DNA of 31,317 nt, taken from the IMG/VR virus record IMGVR_UViG_3300033076_001325, positions 1-31,317 of that record. One strand, 5' to 3'. Below, one piece after another: positions 9,301 through 17,483 of this stretch. The notes under the pieces were generated by a model. The model was not told the origin of the DNA, did no database searches, and saw only the letters and a list, made by a program, of their open reading frames with translations. The stretch comes from a virus. Lineage: Duplodnaviria > Caudoviricetes. Within the stretch, counting starts at the first letter, position 1; each line of letters begins with the position of its first letter. The translations under genes were made by a program, and so were the position numbers.

Positions 9301-12300
9301 AATTTCAGGATTATCTGGAACAAGTGGTTCTACAGGAACAAATGGTTCTTCAGGAGCTAGTGGTAATGCTGGTACTTCAGGTGTAAGTGCAACAAGTGGA
9401 TTATCAGGTTCATCAGGAACAAACGGTTCTTCAGGTGTAGCCGGTAACTCAGGAGCAAGTGCATTAAGTGGAACAAGTGGTACATCAGGTTCAAATGGAA
9501 CCTCAGGTAATAGTGGAAGTGCAGGTTTAAGTAGAAGTTCAGGTTCTTCAGGTTCAACAGGAACCTCAGGTTCATCTGGAGATATTGATTTAAGTATTTC
9601 AGGTTTAAGTAGAAGCTCAGGTTCATCTGGTTCATCAGGTACATCAGGTTCATCCGGTAACGCTGGTAACTCAGGTGTATCTGCCTTAAGTGGTTCAAGT
9701 GGAACTTCAGGTTCAAATGGTTCAAATGGTGCTGCTGGAAACAATGGTACTTCAAATGCAAGTGGAACTTCAGGTTCATCAGGAACTAATGGTTCATCAG
9801 GAAATGCTGGTAACAACGGTGCTTCGAATATAAGTGGCACTTCAGGATCATCAGGTTCAGCTGGTTCAACAGGAGCTGTTGGTTCTAATGGATTAAGTCA
9901 ATTATCCGGTACTTCAGGATCTTCAGGTTCAAATGGTTCATCAGGTGCTGCTGGAAACAGCGGTACTTCAAATATAAGTGGAACAAGCGGAACCTCAGGT
10001 TCAAATGGTACCTCAGGAAATGCAGGTTCTAATGGATTAAGTGCTTTATCAAGTACATCAGGAACTTCAGGTTCATCAGGAACTTCAGGATCAACAGGTG
10101 CTGCTGGAAATAGTGGTTTAAGCTCTACAAGTGGAACTTCAGGTTCAACTGGAACTAATGGTTCAAACGGTGCTGCTGGAAACAGCGGTACTTCAAATAT
10201 AAGTGGAACAAGTGGAACATCAGGTTCTAATGGCTCTTCAGGTAATGCTGGAAATAATGGAGCAAGTGCTTTATCAGGTACAAGTGGAAGTTCAGGATCT
10301 AATGGTTCTGCAGGTGCCGCTGGGAACAGTGGTTTAAGTGGAACTTCAGGTACAACTGGATCTTCAGGTTCAAATGGTGTAGCAGGAAATAATGGTGCTA
10401 GTGCTTTATCTGGTACAAGCGGTTCTTCAGGTTCAAACGGATCTGCAGGTGTAGCTGGTAATTCAGGAGCAAGTGCAATAAGTGGAACTAGTGGTACTTC
10501 AGGTTCAAATGGTTCAAATGGTGTTGCAGGTGCTAACGGTACTTCAAATATAAGTGGCACTTCAGGTACTTCAGGATCAAATGGAACCTCAGGAAATGCA
10601 GGAAACTCAGGTGCAAGTGCATTAAGCGGTACAAGCGGATCTACAGGTTCTTCAGGAACTAATGGATCAGCAGGTGCTGCTGGAAATAGTGGAGCAAGTG
10701 CTCTTTCAGGTACTAGTGGTTCATCAGGAACAAATGGTTCTGCAGGAGTAAATGGAAATGCAGGTACATCAGGAGCAAGTGCCTCTTCAGGAACTTCAGG
10801 ATCAACTGGTACAAATGGTTCATCAGGAAATGCAGGCAATTCAGGAGCTAGCGCATTAAGTGGAACATCAGGTTCTTCAGGTTCAAATGGTAGTAATGGT
10901 GCTGCTGGAAATAGCGGTACTTCAAATATAAGCGGTACATCTGGTACAACTGGATCTTCAGGTTCAAATGGAGTAGCTGGTAACAGTGGTGCTAGTGCCT
11001 TATCAGGTACTAGTGGCTCTTCAGGATCTAATGGTACTGCAGGAAATGCAGGAAATTCAGGTGCAAGTGCTCTTTCAGGAACCTCAGGTTCATCAGGAAC
11101 AAATGGTTCATCAGGTGCTGCTGGAATTAGTGGTATTAGTGGATTATCAGGTTCAACAGGATCTTCAGGATCAAATGGAGCTAATGGTAACTCAGGTAAC
11201 TCAGGAGTATCAGGTACATCTGGATCTAGTGGTTCAAATGGAAATAATGGTGCTGCTGGTAACTCAGGAGTAAGTGGTACTTCAGGTACAACCGGTTCAA
11301 ATGGTACTTCAGGTAATGCCGGTAATTCAGGTGCAAGTGCTGTTTCAGGTACATCAGGATCTAGTGGTTCAAATGGAAATGCTGGTGTAGCAGGAAATTC
11401 AGGTTTAAGTGCTACTTCAGGTACAACAGGTTCATCAGGATCTAATGGAAATTCAGGTAATGCTGGTAACTCAGGTGTAAGTGGAACTTCAGGTTCAACA
11501 GGATCTAATGGTACTTCAGGAGGTGCTGCTGTAGCAGGAGTTAGTACAATAAGTGCAACCTCAGGTTCATCAGGATCCAATGGTACATCAGGTGTAGCAG
11601 GTAATAGTGGTACTTCTAATGTAAGTGGTACTAATGGAACTTCAGGTTCAAATGGTACTTCAGGAAATGCTGGTAACTCAGGAGCAAGTGCATTATCCGG
11701 TACTTCAGGTTCAACGGGAACCAATGGATCAAATGGTAATAATGGTAATAACGGAAACTCAGGAGTATCAGGAGTATCAGGCACAAATGGTTCAAACGGA
11801 TCAAATGGTGCTAATGGTGCTAATGGCGCTGGTGGAGTATCTGGTTTAAGTGGAACTAATGGTTCAAATGGATCAAATGGTAATAACGGAAACGCTGGTA
11901 ACTCAGGAGTATCAGGTGTAAGTGGTACCTCAGGTACAACTGGTTCAAATGGTACTTCAGGAAACGCAGGTAATAACGGAAACTCAGGAGCATCAGGAGT
12001 AAGTGGTACTAGTGGAACTACAGGTTCAAACGGAACTTCAGGTAATTCTGGAGCCAACGGAAACTCAGGGGTATCAGGATTATCAGGAACTAGTGGAACT
12101 AGCGGTTCAGCAGGTTCAAGTGGAATTAATGGAGGAAATGGATTAAGTGCAGTATCAGGAACTAATGGTACCTCAGGATCTAATGGTAACAACGGAAATA
12201 ATGGAATAAACGGAAACTCAGGTACTTCGGGAATAAATGGAACTAATGGTTCTAATGGTAATAACGGAAACAACGGAAACTCAGGAGTATCAGGTGTAAG

Positions 12301-13153
12301 TGGTACTAATGGAACATCAGGTTCAAACGGAACTTCAGGAAATGCCGGTACTGCTGGATTAAGTAGATTATCAGCTTCTTCAGGAACATCAGGTTCAAAC
12401 GGTACTTCAGGAAATACTGGAAACAATGGTGCCTCAGGAAATAGTGGTATAAGCGGAACTAGTGGAACTAATGGTTCTAGTGGTAATAGCGGAAACAACG
12501 GAAACTCAGGAGTATCAGGAACAAGTGGTACCTCAGGATCTAATGGTAACAACGGAAATAACGGAGCTTCAGGAGTAAATGGTACCTCAGGTGCAAATGG
12601 TTCAAATGGTACAAGTGGTGCTGCTGGTACTAATGGTCAATCAATTAACGGTACTTCAGGTATTAGTGGTGGTTCATTTACAAACCAACCAGATTATTTA
12701 GTACGCACAACAAGTACATCAACAGTACAAAGTGTATCATTCTTATATGCTGATACTACAAATAGTAGATTAGGTATTGGTACAACTTCTCCATCATATC
12801 CATTACATGTAAATGCTGCTGTTTCTGGTATATCTATATATGCTTCAAATGATATCATGGCCTTCTCCGATAGAAGAGTTAAAGGTAATATACAAGTTGT
12901 AGAAGATGCTGTTAATAAAATTAATCAAATTAATGGTGTAACATTTACAAGATTAGATGATAAAAAAGATACTAATAGATATGCAGGTGTAATAGCACAA
13001 GAAGTAGAAGCAATACTTCCTGAAGTAGTACATACAAATCCTGAAACAGGAATGAAATCAGTAGCATATGGTAACTTAAATGCATTGTTAATTGAAGCTA
13101 TTAAAGAATTAAGTAAAAAAGTCCAAGATTTAGAAAATAAACTAAATAAATAA
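6344..13153 (+). CDS. Giant Gly-X-Y repeat fibre protein with C-terminal intramolecular chaperone (peptidase S74)
   Basis: About 120-aa N-terminal domain and about 1990 aa of G-X-Y triplets (S/T/N/A/L). The C-terminus FSDRRVKGNI...GVIAQEVEAILPEVV...SVAYGNLNALLIEAIKELSKKVQDLE is typical of S74 chaperones. Confidence 0.9.
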   Translation: MAQVRFLDQVPVGVYNVDPVGGGGTIDIYQNGTLVSASVPYINISGSATVTGFNPLGSNDGVTIFVQGVGFPFSGSAVITGSLVISGSSQPIVLQTLPVQPGPYVVTYNPTTGVVGYVNSTSGTSGVSGTSGTAGISGTSGTSGTSGESKSSGTSGTSGDNGTTGNSGNSGLSGSTGSSGTSGLNGTAGSSGLSGLSGSTGSSGTSGVNGTTGISGNSGLSGSTGSSGTSGNNGTSGTSGNSGLSGSTGSSGSSGANGTNGSSGLSGLSGTTGSSGLSGLSGSNGSSGSSGLSGNNGTSGISGLSGSTGSSGTSGLNGTTGSAGLSGLSGSTGSSGSSGANGTNGSSGINGLSGSTGSSGTSGADGSTGSSGLSGLSGSTGSSGTSGANGTAGTSGLSGLSGSTGSSGTSGINGTLGTSGIAGTSGSTGSSGSSGVTGNNGTSNISGTSGSSGSNGSSGAVGTNGLSQLSGSSGTSGSSGSTGDAGTSGVSATSGTSGSTGTNGSSGNAGNSGASALSGTSGSTGSNGSSGNAGNSGASATSGSSGSSGSSGIIGSSGASATSGTSGSNGSNGLSGNNGTSGASATSGTSGSNGSNGIVGNNGASALSGTSGSSGSNGTSGNAGSNGLSALSGTSGTSGSSGTSGSTGVAGNSGLSNTSGTSGSSGTNGTSGDIGTSGLSRTSGSSGSTGTNGTSGDGDIGTSGLSRSSGSSGSSGTNGSSGAAGNSGISGTSGTTGSSGTSGSAGVAGNSGVSAVSGTTGSSGSNGSNGVAGNSGASALSGTSGSSGTNGSSGAAGNGGTSNISGTSGTSGSNGSSGAAGSSGVSGISGTSGSSGAVGSSGIAGSSGVSATSGTSGSSGLNGFNGVNGLSGSSGSTGTNGSSGNAGTSGASNTSGSSGTSGNNGSTGAAGTSGASATSGTAGSTGTNGSSGNAGNSGASALSGTSGSSGSNGSNGAAGNSGTSNISGTSGSTGSSGSSGASGSSGISGLSGTSGSTGTNGSSGASGNAGTSGVSATSGLSGSSGTNGSSGVAGNSGASALSGTSGTSGSNGTSGNSGSAGLSRSSGSSGSTGTSGSSGDIDLSISGLSRSSGSSGSSGTSGSSGNAGNSGVSALSGSSGTSGSNGSNGAAGNNGTSNASGTSGSSGTNGSSGNAGNNGASNISGTSGSSGSAGSTGAVGSNGLSQLSGTSGSSGSNGSSGAAGNSGTSNISGTSGTSGSNGTSGNAGSNGLSALSSTSGTSGSSGTSGSTGAAGNSGLSSTSGTSGSTGTNGSNGAAGNSGTSNISGTSGTSGSNGSSGNAGNNGASALSGTSGSSGSNGSAGAAGNSGLSGTSGTTGSSGSNGVAGNNGASALSGTSGSSGSNGSAGVAGNSGASAISGTSGTSGSNGSNGVAGANGTSNISGTSGTSGSNGTSGNAGNSGASALSGTSGSTGSSGTNGSAGAAGNSGASALSGTSGSSGTNGSAGVNGNAGTSGASASSGTSGSTGTNGSSGNAGNSGASALSGTSGSSGSNGSNGAAGNSGTSNISGTSGTTGSSGSNGVAGNSGASALSGTSGSSGSNGTAGNAGNSGASALSGTSGSSGTNGSSGAAGISGISGLSGSTGSSGSNGANGNSGNSGVSGTSGSSGSNGNNGAAGNSGVSGTSGTTGSNGTSGNAGNSGASAVSGTSGSSGSNGNAGVAGNSGLSATSGTTGSSGSNGNSGNAGNSGVSGTSGSTGSNGTSGGAAVAGVSTISATSGSSGSNGTSGVAGNSGTSNVSGTNGTSGSNGTSGNAGNSGASALSGTSGSTGTNGSNGNNGNNGNSGVSGVSGTNGSNGSNGANGANGAGGVSGLSGTNGSNGSNGNNGNAGNSGVSGVSGTSGTTGSNGTSGNAGNNGNSGASGVSGTSGTTGSNGTSGNSGANGNSGVSGLSGTSGTSGSAGSSGINGGNGLSAVSGTNGTSGSNGNNGNNGINGNSGTSGINGTNGSNGNNGNNGNSGVSGVSGTNGTSGSNGTSGNAGTAGLSRLSASSGTSGSNGTSGNTGNNGASGNSGISGTSGTNGSSGNSGNNGNSGVSGTSGTSGSNGNNGNNGASGVNGTSGANGSNGTSGAAGTNGQSINGTSGISGGSFTNQPDYLVRTTSTSTVQSVSFLYADTTNSRLGIGTTSPSYPLHVNAAVSGISIYASNDIMAFSDRRVKGNIQVVEDAVNKINQINGVTFTRLDDKKDTNRYAGVIAQEVEAILPEVVHTNPETGMKSVAYGNLNALLIEAIKELSKKVQDLENKLNK
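6710..12672 (+). repeat. Coding tandem repeat: 9-nt (Gly-X-Y) units with a ~72-nt (24-aa) higher-order period
   Basis: GGN codon at nearly every third position. Exact 41-bp copies at 7850-7890 and 7922-7962 (72 nt apart), 69-bp copies at 7067-7135 and 7319-7387, and 83-bp copies at 9164-9246 and 10853-10935. Confidence 0.95.
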
Positions 13154-13154
13154 T

Positions 13155-13826
13155 ATGGCAGTTCCAACTACTAATATAAAATTTGATGATATTTGGTATG
13201 AAGCTAATGGTTCTAACTTAGTTACAACTAATAATATTACAACTGTTGATTTATTTGGTTATGATTATTTTAGAGGTCCTAATGGAGCCAATTTAATTGG
13301 TTGGAATGCTTGGGGAGTATCAGGTGATATAATTTATGGACTTACTCCTGGTAGTTACAATTGGGGAAATTTTTCAGGTTTATCATATTGGTATGATAAT
13401 AGTGCTTTTAATATGCAATATAAATTTGTAAATAATGGTACTACTCCAACCCCACCTTTACCTCCAGATGCAAATGATTTTATTGTTGAAGTTAAAGTTT
13501 ATGATCAAACTGAAACATATAGTTTTGCTGATACTAGTGGTATAAATATGCCAGCAGGCACTGCAACATCAACAACTACTTTTTCAATATCCGGACTTAA
13601 TGGAACTCCTTTACTACTTAATAATTATTGGCAGATTATACTAACATCCAACGCAGCATATCCTGGTAGTGGTGGTTATATGGATATTTATATGAATGGA
13701 TCTGGAGTAGGAACAGCACCTCTTTATAATGGTACAACAGTATACAGTAATGGTGCTTTTGGTGGTCCAACACAAACAGGTAATGGGTGGAATGGATTAG
13801 ATATTTTTTTAGACATATATCCTTAA
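13155..13826 (+). CDS. Fibre-associated protein (possible tip/adhesin)
   Basis: Starts 1 nt after the fibre stop; rich in G/N/T and aromatic (W/Y/F) residues. Function inferred from position and composition. Confidence 0.55.
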   Translation: MAVPTTNIKFDDIWYEANGSNLVTTNNITTVDLFGYDYFRGPNGANLIGWNAWGVSGDIIYGLTPGSYNWGNFSGLSYWYDNSAFNMQYKFVNNGTTPTPPLPPDANDFIVEVKVYDQTETYSFADTSGINMPAGTATSTTTFSISGLNGTPLLLNNYWQIILTSNAAYPGSGGYMDIYMNGSGVGTAPLYNGTTVYSNGAFGGPTQTGNGWNGLDIFLDIYP

Positions 13827-13852
13827 ATTTGGATTTTTATTTTATTTTTAAT

Positions 13853-13860
13853 ATATTTAT
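13853..13860 (+). promoter_or_regulatory. Putative late promoter motif ATATTTAT heading the glycosyltransferase block
   Basis: Exact motif, intergenic, 15 nt before ATG 13876. Confidence 0.65.
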
Positions 13861-13875
13861 TAGAAATAAGTTATT

Positions 13876-16536
13876 ATGAAAAAATTGTTATATGTTGCCC
13901 CCCATCTATCAACAGGTGGACTTCCTCAATATTTAACTAAAAAAATAGAATTACTTAAAAACGAATTTGAAATTTATCTTGTAGAATGGGTAGATTGTAC
14001 TGGAGGTATTCTTGTAGTTACAAGAAACAAAATAGTAAATTTAGTTGATTCCGATAAATTTTTTACCTTAGGTGATAATAAACATGAATTAATTGATATT
14101 ATACAACGAATTCAACCGGATATAATTCATTTAGAGGAAATTCCTGAATTCTTCATGGATGATGAAATTGCTCGCCAAATATACGTGTCAAATCGAAACT
14201 ACTCTATAGTAGAAACATCTCATGATTCATCTTTTGATACAAATAATAAGCGATTTTTTCCTGATAAATTTATGTTTGTATCGGATTGGCAAATCCAACA
14301 ATATAAAGATTTAAATATTCCTAAAGTATTAGTAGAATATCCTATTGAATATGTTGAACGTCCAAATAGAGAAAAAGCATTAATTAAATTAGGGTTAGAT
14401 CCTAATAAAAAACATGTTTTACACGTTGGGTTATACACATCACGTAAAAATCAAGCAGAATTTTTTGAATATGCTAGACAATTTCCTGATGTTGAATTTC
14501 ATAGTTTAGGAAACAGAGCAGATAATTTTAAATGGTATTGGGAACCACTAGCTAAAAACCAACCATCAAATTTAACTTGGTGGAATGAAAGATCAGATGT
14601 TGATGCTTTCTACCGGGCAATGGATTTATTTTTATTTACCTCTCGTGGTCATGAAAATGATAAAGAAACAATGCCTTTAGTTATTCGTGAAGCAATTTCA
14701 TATCAAATCCCTACATTAATTTATAATCTCCCAGTTTATTTAGATTATTTTAATAAATTTGATAATATTAGTTATTTAAAATTTGATGATTTTAAAACTA
14801 ATTGTAATGTGATTTCCGAAAAATTAAATATTAAAAAATCAAATCCTAATGAAGAAATATTTATTTTATCTACATTTCCAATAAGTGATGCTATAGTTGA
14901 AACTACATTAAAAACAATAGATTCAATTCATGCTAGAGGAACTAAAGTATTAGTCACATCTCATATCCCAGTCCCCTTTGCTATAGAAGCAAAAGCAGAT
15001 TATGTTGTTGTAGATAATAATAATATTTTAACAAAACATTCATATTACTGTAATTATTGGGCTGATCACTCAGATCATAAAGTTCATATTAATTTAAGAG
15101 GAAATGATAATGATGTTTATCACGGACCTAGTGTACATTCTAATTATGTAAATGGAGCGGCATTAGCTAAAAGTTTAGGGTATAAAAAACTATTTTTTAT
15201 TAATTTTGATTATACTATTCAATCATCTCACCATATAGATGAAATTTCTAAAATATTAAATAATAAAAAAGCATATTTTGGTAAATATAAAGCATCTGAA
15301 GGTGATGCTTTGTATACTTATTTTTGTGCTTTGAATTCTGAATTTTTCTTAGATCATGTTCACCAAGTATTTAATGCTGAAGAATATGAACATTTACGTT
15401 ATCAATTAGGAAGTGAAAGTAATGGTCTTGAAAATATGTGGTATCATATCTTTAAAAGAAGTGCAGATAAAATTCATTTTGATGATGTTGAAACATTTGA
15501 ACAAAAAAGCTTAGAAACGTTTGATCATTCTGATTTTTCTCAAGTAGAATATTTTACAGTTTTACCTACTAATATTCCAAATACATTTGCTCCTTATATT
15601 AGAATTTCTAATAGTAAAGAATCAAGACTTATCCAAATTACAGTACGTGATAAAGATAAAAATGAAATATTTTTTGATGAATTAAATGTAGAAAGTAAAA
15701 TAGATTATTATAAAGTTCTTCCATATGAAGAAGGAATGGAAGTCGAATATAAAATTAGTAATTATCATAAAATCCTTAAAAAAATTACCATCCAAGTAAC
15801 AAATTTAGAATTTAATGGTAAATTAGAAATAAAAAATCCAAATACAAAAATTAAATTAATGCATTTGGTTACTGAACCAGAAACTAATCCTAAAGAAATT
15901 CGTTCAGTAGAAAATATTAAAGATTTTTGTAATAAAACAGGTATTAAGTACGAACAAAGAATAAATAAAATTTGGACTGAGTTACCACCAGTAGATACTT
16001 GTGCTAGACCTCAAGATGTTCAAGATAAACCTGGATATTATAAATTAGCACCTGGACATTATGGATGTTATTTAGCACACAAAAATGCTATATGTGCTAA
16101 AGATAATATTGAATATGATTTTATATTAATTGTTGAAGGTGATGTTATAATTGATAGTGATTATCAAGAATTATATGAATCATTAATTAGATTCAATAAA
16201 TTATCATATCAAACAGATATGGATGTAATTGGTTTTGGTAATCCATGGCAAGATAGAAACTTAAATGGTCCTAAAATTGAAGACATTTACACAAATGTAA
16301 CCCCATTTATACCAGCACAATCATATTTAATTAATAATCTTAAAACTAAAAAAATTAAAGAATTATTAGAAATAATGCCATGGGATGCTATTGATTTATG
16401 GATGTGTAATGTTGCTAGATTAAAAATAGGAACAGCAGAAAAAATATACACTAAACACCTTCCAGGTTTTAGTATTATAGAACAAACAGTTAAAAATAGT
16501 AAAACAGATAATCCTTTAATATTCATCCAAGAATGA
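13876..16536 (+). CDS. Multidomain glycosyltransferase (GT4-like + GT-A-like + GT25-like)
   Basis: N-terminal HLSTGGLPQY, HVGLYTSRKNQ, MDLFLFTS...ETMPLVIREA (GT4). Middle VLVTSH...AKSLGYKKLFFINFD (GT-A-like, weaker call). C-terminal PGHYGCYLAH...ILIVEGD...AQSYLIN...DAIDLWM (GT25-like). Confidence 0.8.
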   Translation: MKKLLYVAPHLSTGGLPQYLTKKIELLKNEFEIYLVEWVDCTGGILVVTRNKIVNLVDSDKFFTLGDNKHELIDIIQRIQPDIIHLEEIPEFFMDDEIARQIYVSNRNYSIVETSHDSSFDTNNKRFFPDKFMFVSDWQIQQYKDLNIPKVLVEYPIEYVERPNREKALIKLGLDPNKKHVLHVGLYTSRKNQAEFFEYARQFPDVEFHSLGNRADNFKWYWEPLAKNQPSNLTWWNERSDVDAFYRAMDLFLFTSRGHENDKETMPLVIREAISYQIPTLIYNLPVYLDYFNKFDNISYLKFDDFKTNCNVISEKLNIKKSNPNEEIFILSTFPISDAIVETTLKTIDSIHARGTKVLVTSHIPVPFAIEAKADYVVVDNNNILTKHSYYCNYWADHSDHKVHINLRGNDNDVYHGPSVHSNYVNGAALAKSLGYKKLFFINFDYTIQSSHHIDEISKILNNKKAYFGKYKASEGDALYTYFCALNSEFFLDHVHQVFNAEEYEHLRYQLGSESNGLENMWYHIFKRSADKIHFDDVETFEQKSLETFDHSDFSQVEYFTVLPTNIPNTFAPYIRISNSKESRLIQITVRDKDKNEIFFDELNVESKIDYYKVLPYEEGMEVEYKISNYHKILKKITIQVTNLEFNGKLEIKNPNTKIKLMHLVTEPETNPKEIRSVENIKDFCNKTGIKYEQRINKIWTELPPVDTCARPQDVQDKPGYYKLAPGHYGCYLAHKNAICAKDNIEYDFILIVEGDVIIDSDYQELYESLIRFNKLSYQTDMDVIGFGNPWQDRNLNGPKIEDIYTNVTPFIPAQSYLINNLKTKKIKELLEIMPWDAIDLWMCNVARLKIGTAEKIYTKHLPGFSIIEQTVKNSKTDNPLIFIQE

Positions 16537-17483
16537 AAATATGTCAAGTAGATCCAGGTTGTGGTATTCCCATCCCACCTCCAGCGTGGGGTGCTATTGA
16601 AAAAATAGTATGGGAATTTACTCAAAACTTAAAAGAATTAGGTCATGAAGTAGATATTAAAATGTCTAGTCAAATTGATTATGGTGAATATGATATAGTT
16701 CATTGTCATGTTGCTAATTTAGCTATTCAATTAGCTGAAAAAGGTATACCTTATATTTATCAACTTCATGATCATCATGCTTATTTTTATGGTAAAGATT
16801 CTCATGTTTATAAAGAAAATTTAAAAGCAATTGAAGGTTCTATTGTATCTTTAATGCCTGCTAAATTTTTAGTTGATTATTTTGATCATCCTAAATGTAT
16901 GTATTTTTCTCATGGAGTTAATATAAATAGTTTTTATCCAAAAGTAAAAAATACACCTTCTATTCCTAAATTGTTAATGATAGCTAATAATGGATTAGCT
17001 GGAGATCCTACATTTGATAGAAAGGGATTTGCTTTAGGTTTAGGATTAGCGATGTTAAATAATCTTGAAATAACAATCGCTGGCCCCTCAGATAATAAAA
17101 GATTTTTTAATGCTCATTTATGGATGTTAAATTATCCTAAACTAAATTTGGTTTTTGATACTCCTAATGATAAATTATTAGAATTATATCACAATCATGA
17201 TATATTTATCCATCCAACTATGCTAGAAGCAGGTCATCCTAATTTAACAATGGTTGAAGCAGCAGCGGCTGGATTACCGATTATTGCTAACTGGGAAATA
17301 GAAACTGATTTTCATGGTGCTTGGAGAGCTCCACGAGATATTTTTGAAATGGATAGAGGTTTAAAAGATATATTAAACAATTGGTTTTCTTATAGAGATA
17401 AAATAGCTATTACTTCACGAGAATTATCATGGTTTAATCGTTCAAAAGATTTAATAAAAATATATGAAAGAAGTTTTGATTAG
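16533..17483 (+). CDS. Glycosyltransferase family 4 (GT-B)
   Basis: IPIPPPAWGAIEKIV, LKELGHEV, DIFIHPTMLEAGHPNLTMVEAAAAGLPII; ATGA overlap with the upstream gene. Confidence 0.9.
   Translation: MKICQVDPGCGIPIPPPAWGAIEKIVWEFTQNLKELGHEVDIKMSSQIDYGEYDIVHCHVANLAIQLAEKGIPYIYQLHDHHAYFYGKDSHVYKENLKAIEGSIVSLMPAKFLVDYFDHPKCMYFSHGVNINSFYPKVKNTPSIPKLLMIANNGLAGDPTFDRKGFALGLGLAMLNNLEITIAGPSDNKRFFNAHLWMLNYPKLNLVFDTPNDKLLELYHNHDIFIHPTMLEAGHPNLTMVEAAAAGLPIIANWEIETDFHGAWRAPRDIFEMDRGLKDILNNWFSYRDKIAITSRELSWFNRSKDLIKIYERSFD

Noticed and set aside
6732-11849. Short alternative-frame ORFs rich in V/Q/L or N/L/H
   Set aside because: Frame-shifted readings of the same repeat with no independent coding evidence.
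6664-12552. Two long minus-strand ORFs (1058 aa and 884 aa, Pro/Glu/Val-rich)
   Set aside because: They are antisense shadows of the Gly-X-Y repeat. Stops in that register need Gln/His/Tyr codons on the + strand, which are nearly absent; the stop at 9898 coincides with a rare Gln codon (agt caa).
6710-12672. CRISPR array or DGR template/variable repeat interpretation
   Set aside because: The repeats are codon-phased and vary mainly at synonymous sites, with no spacers. The long copies I compared are identical rather than adenine-mutated, and no cas or reverse transcriptase gene is present.
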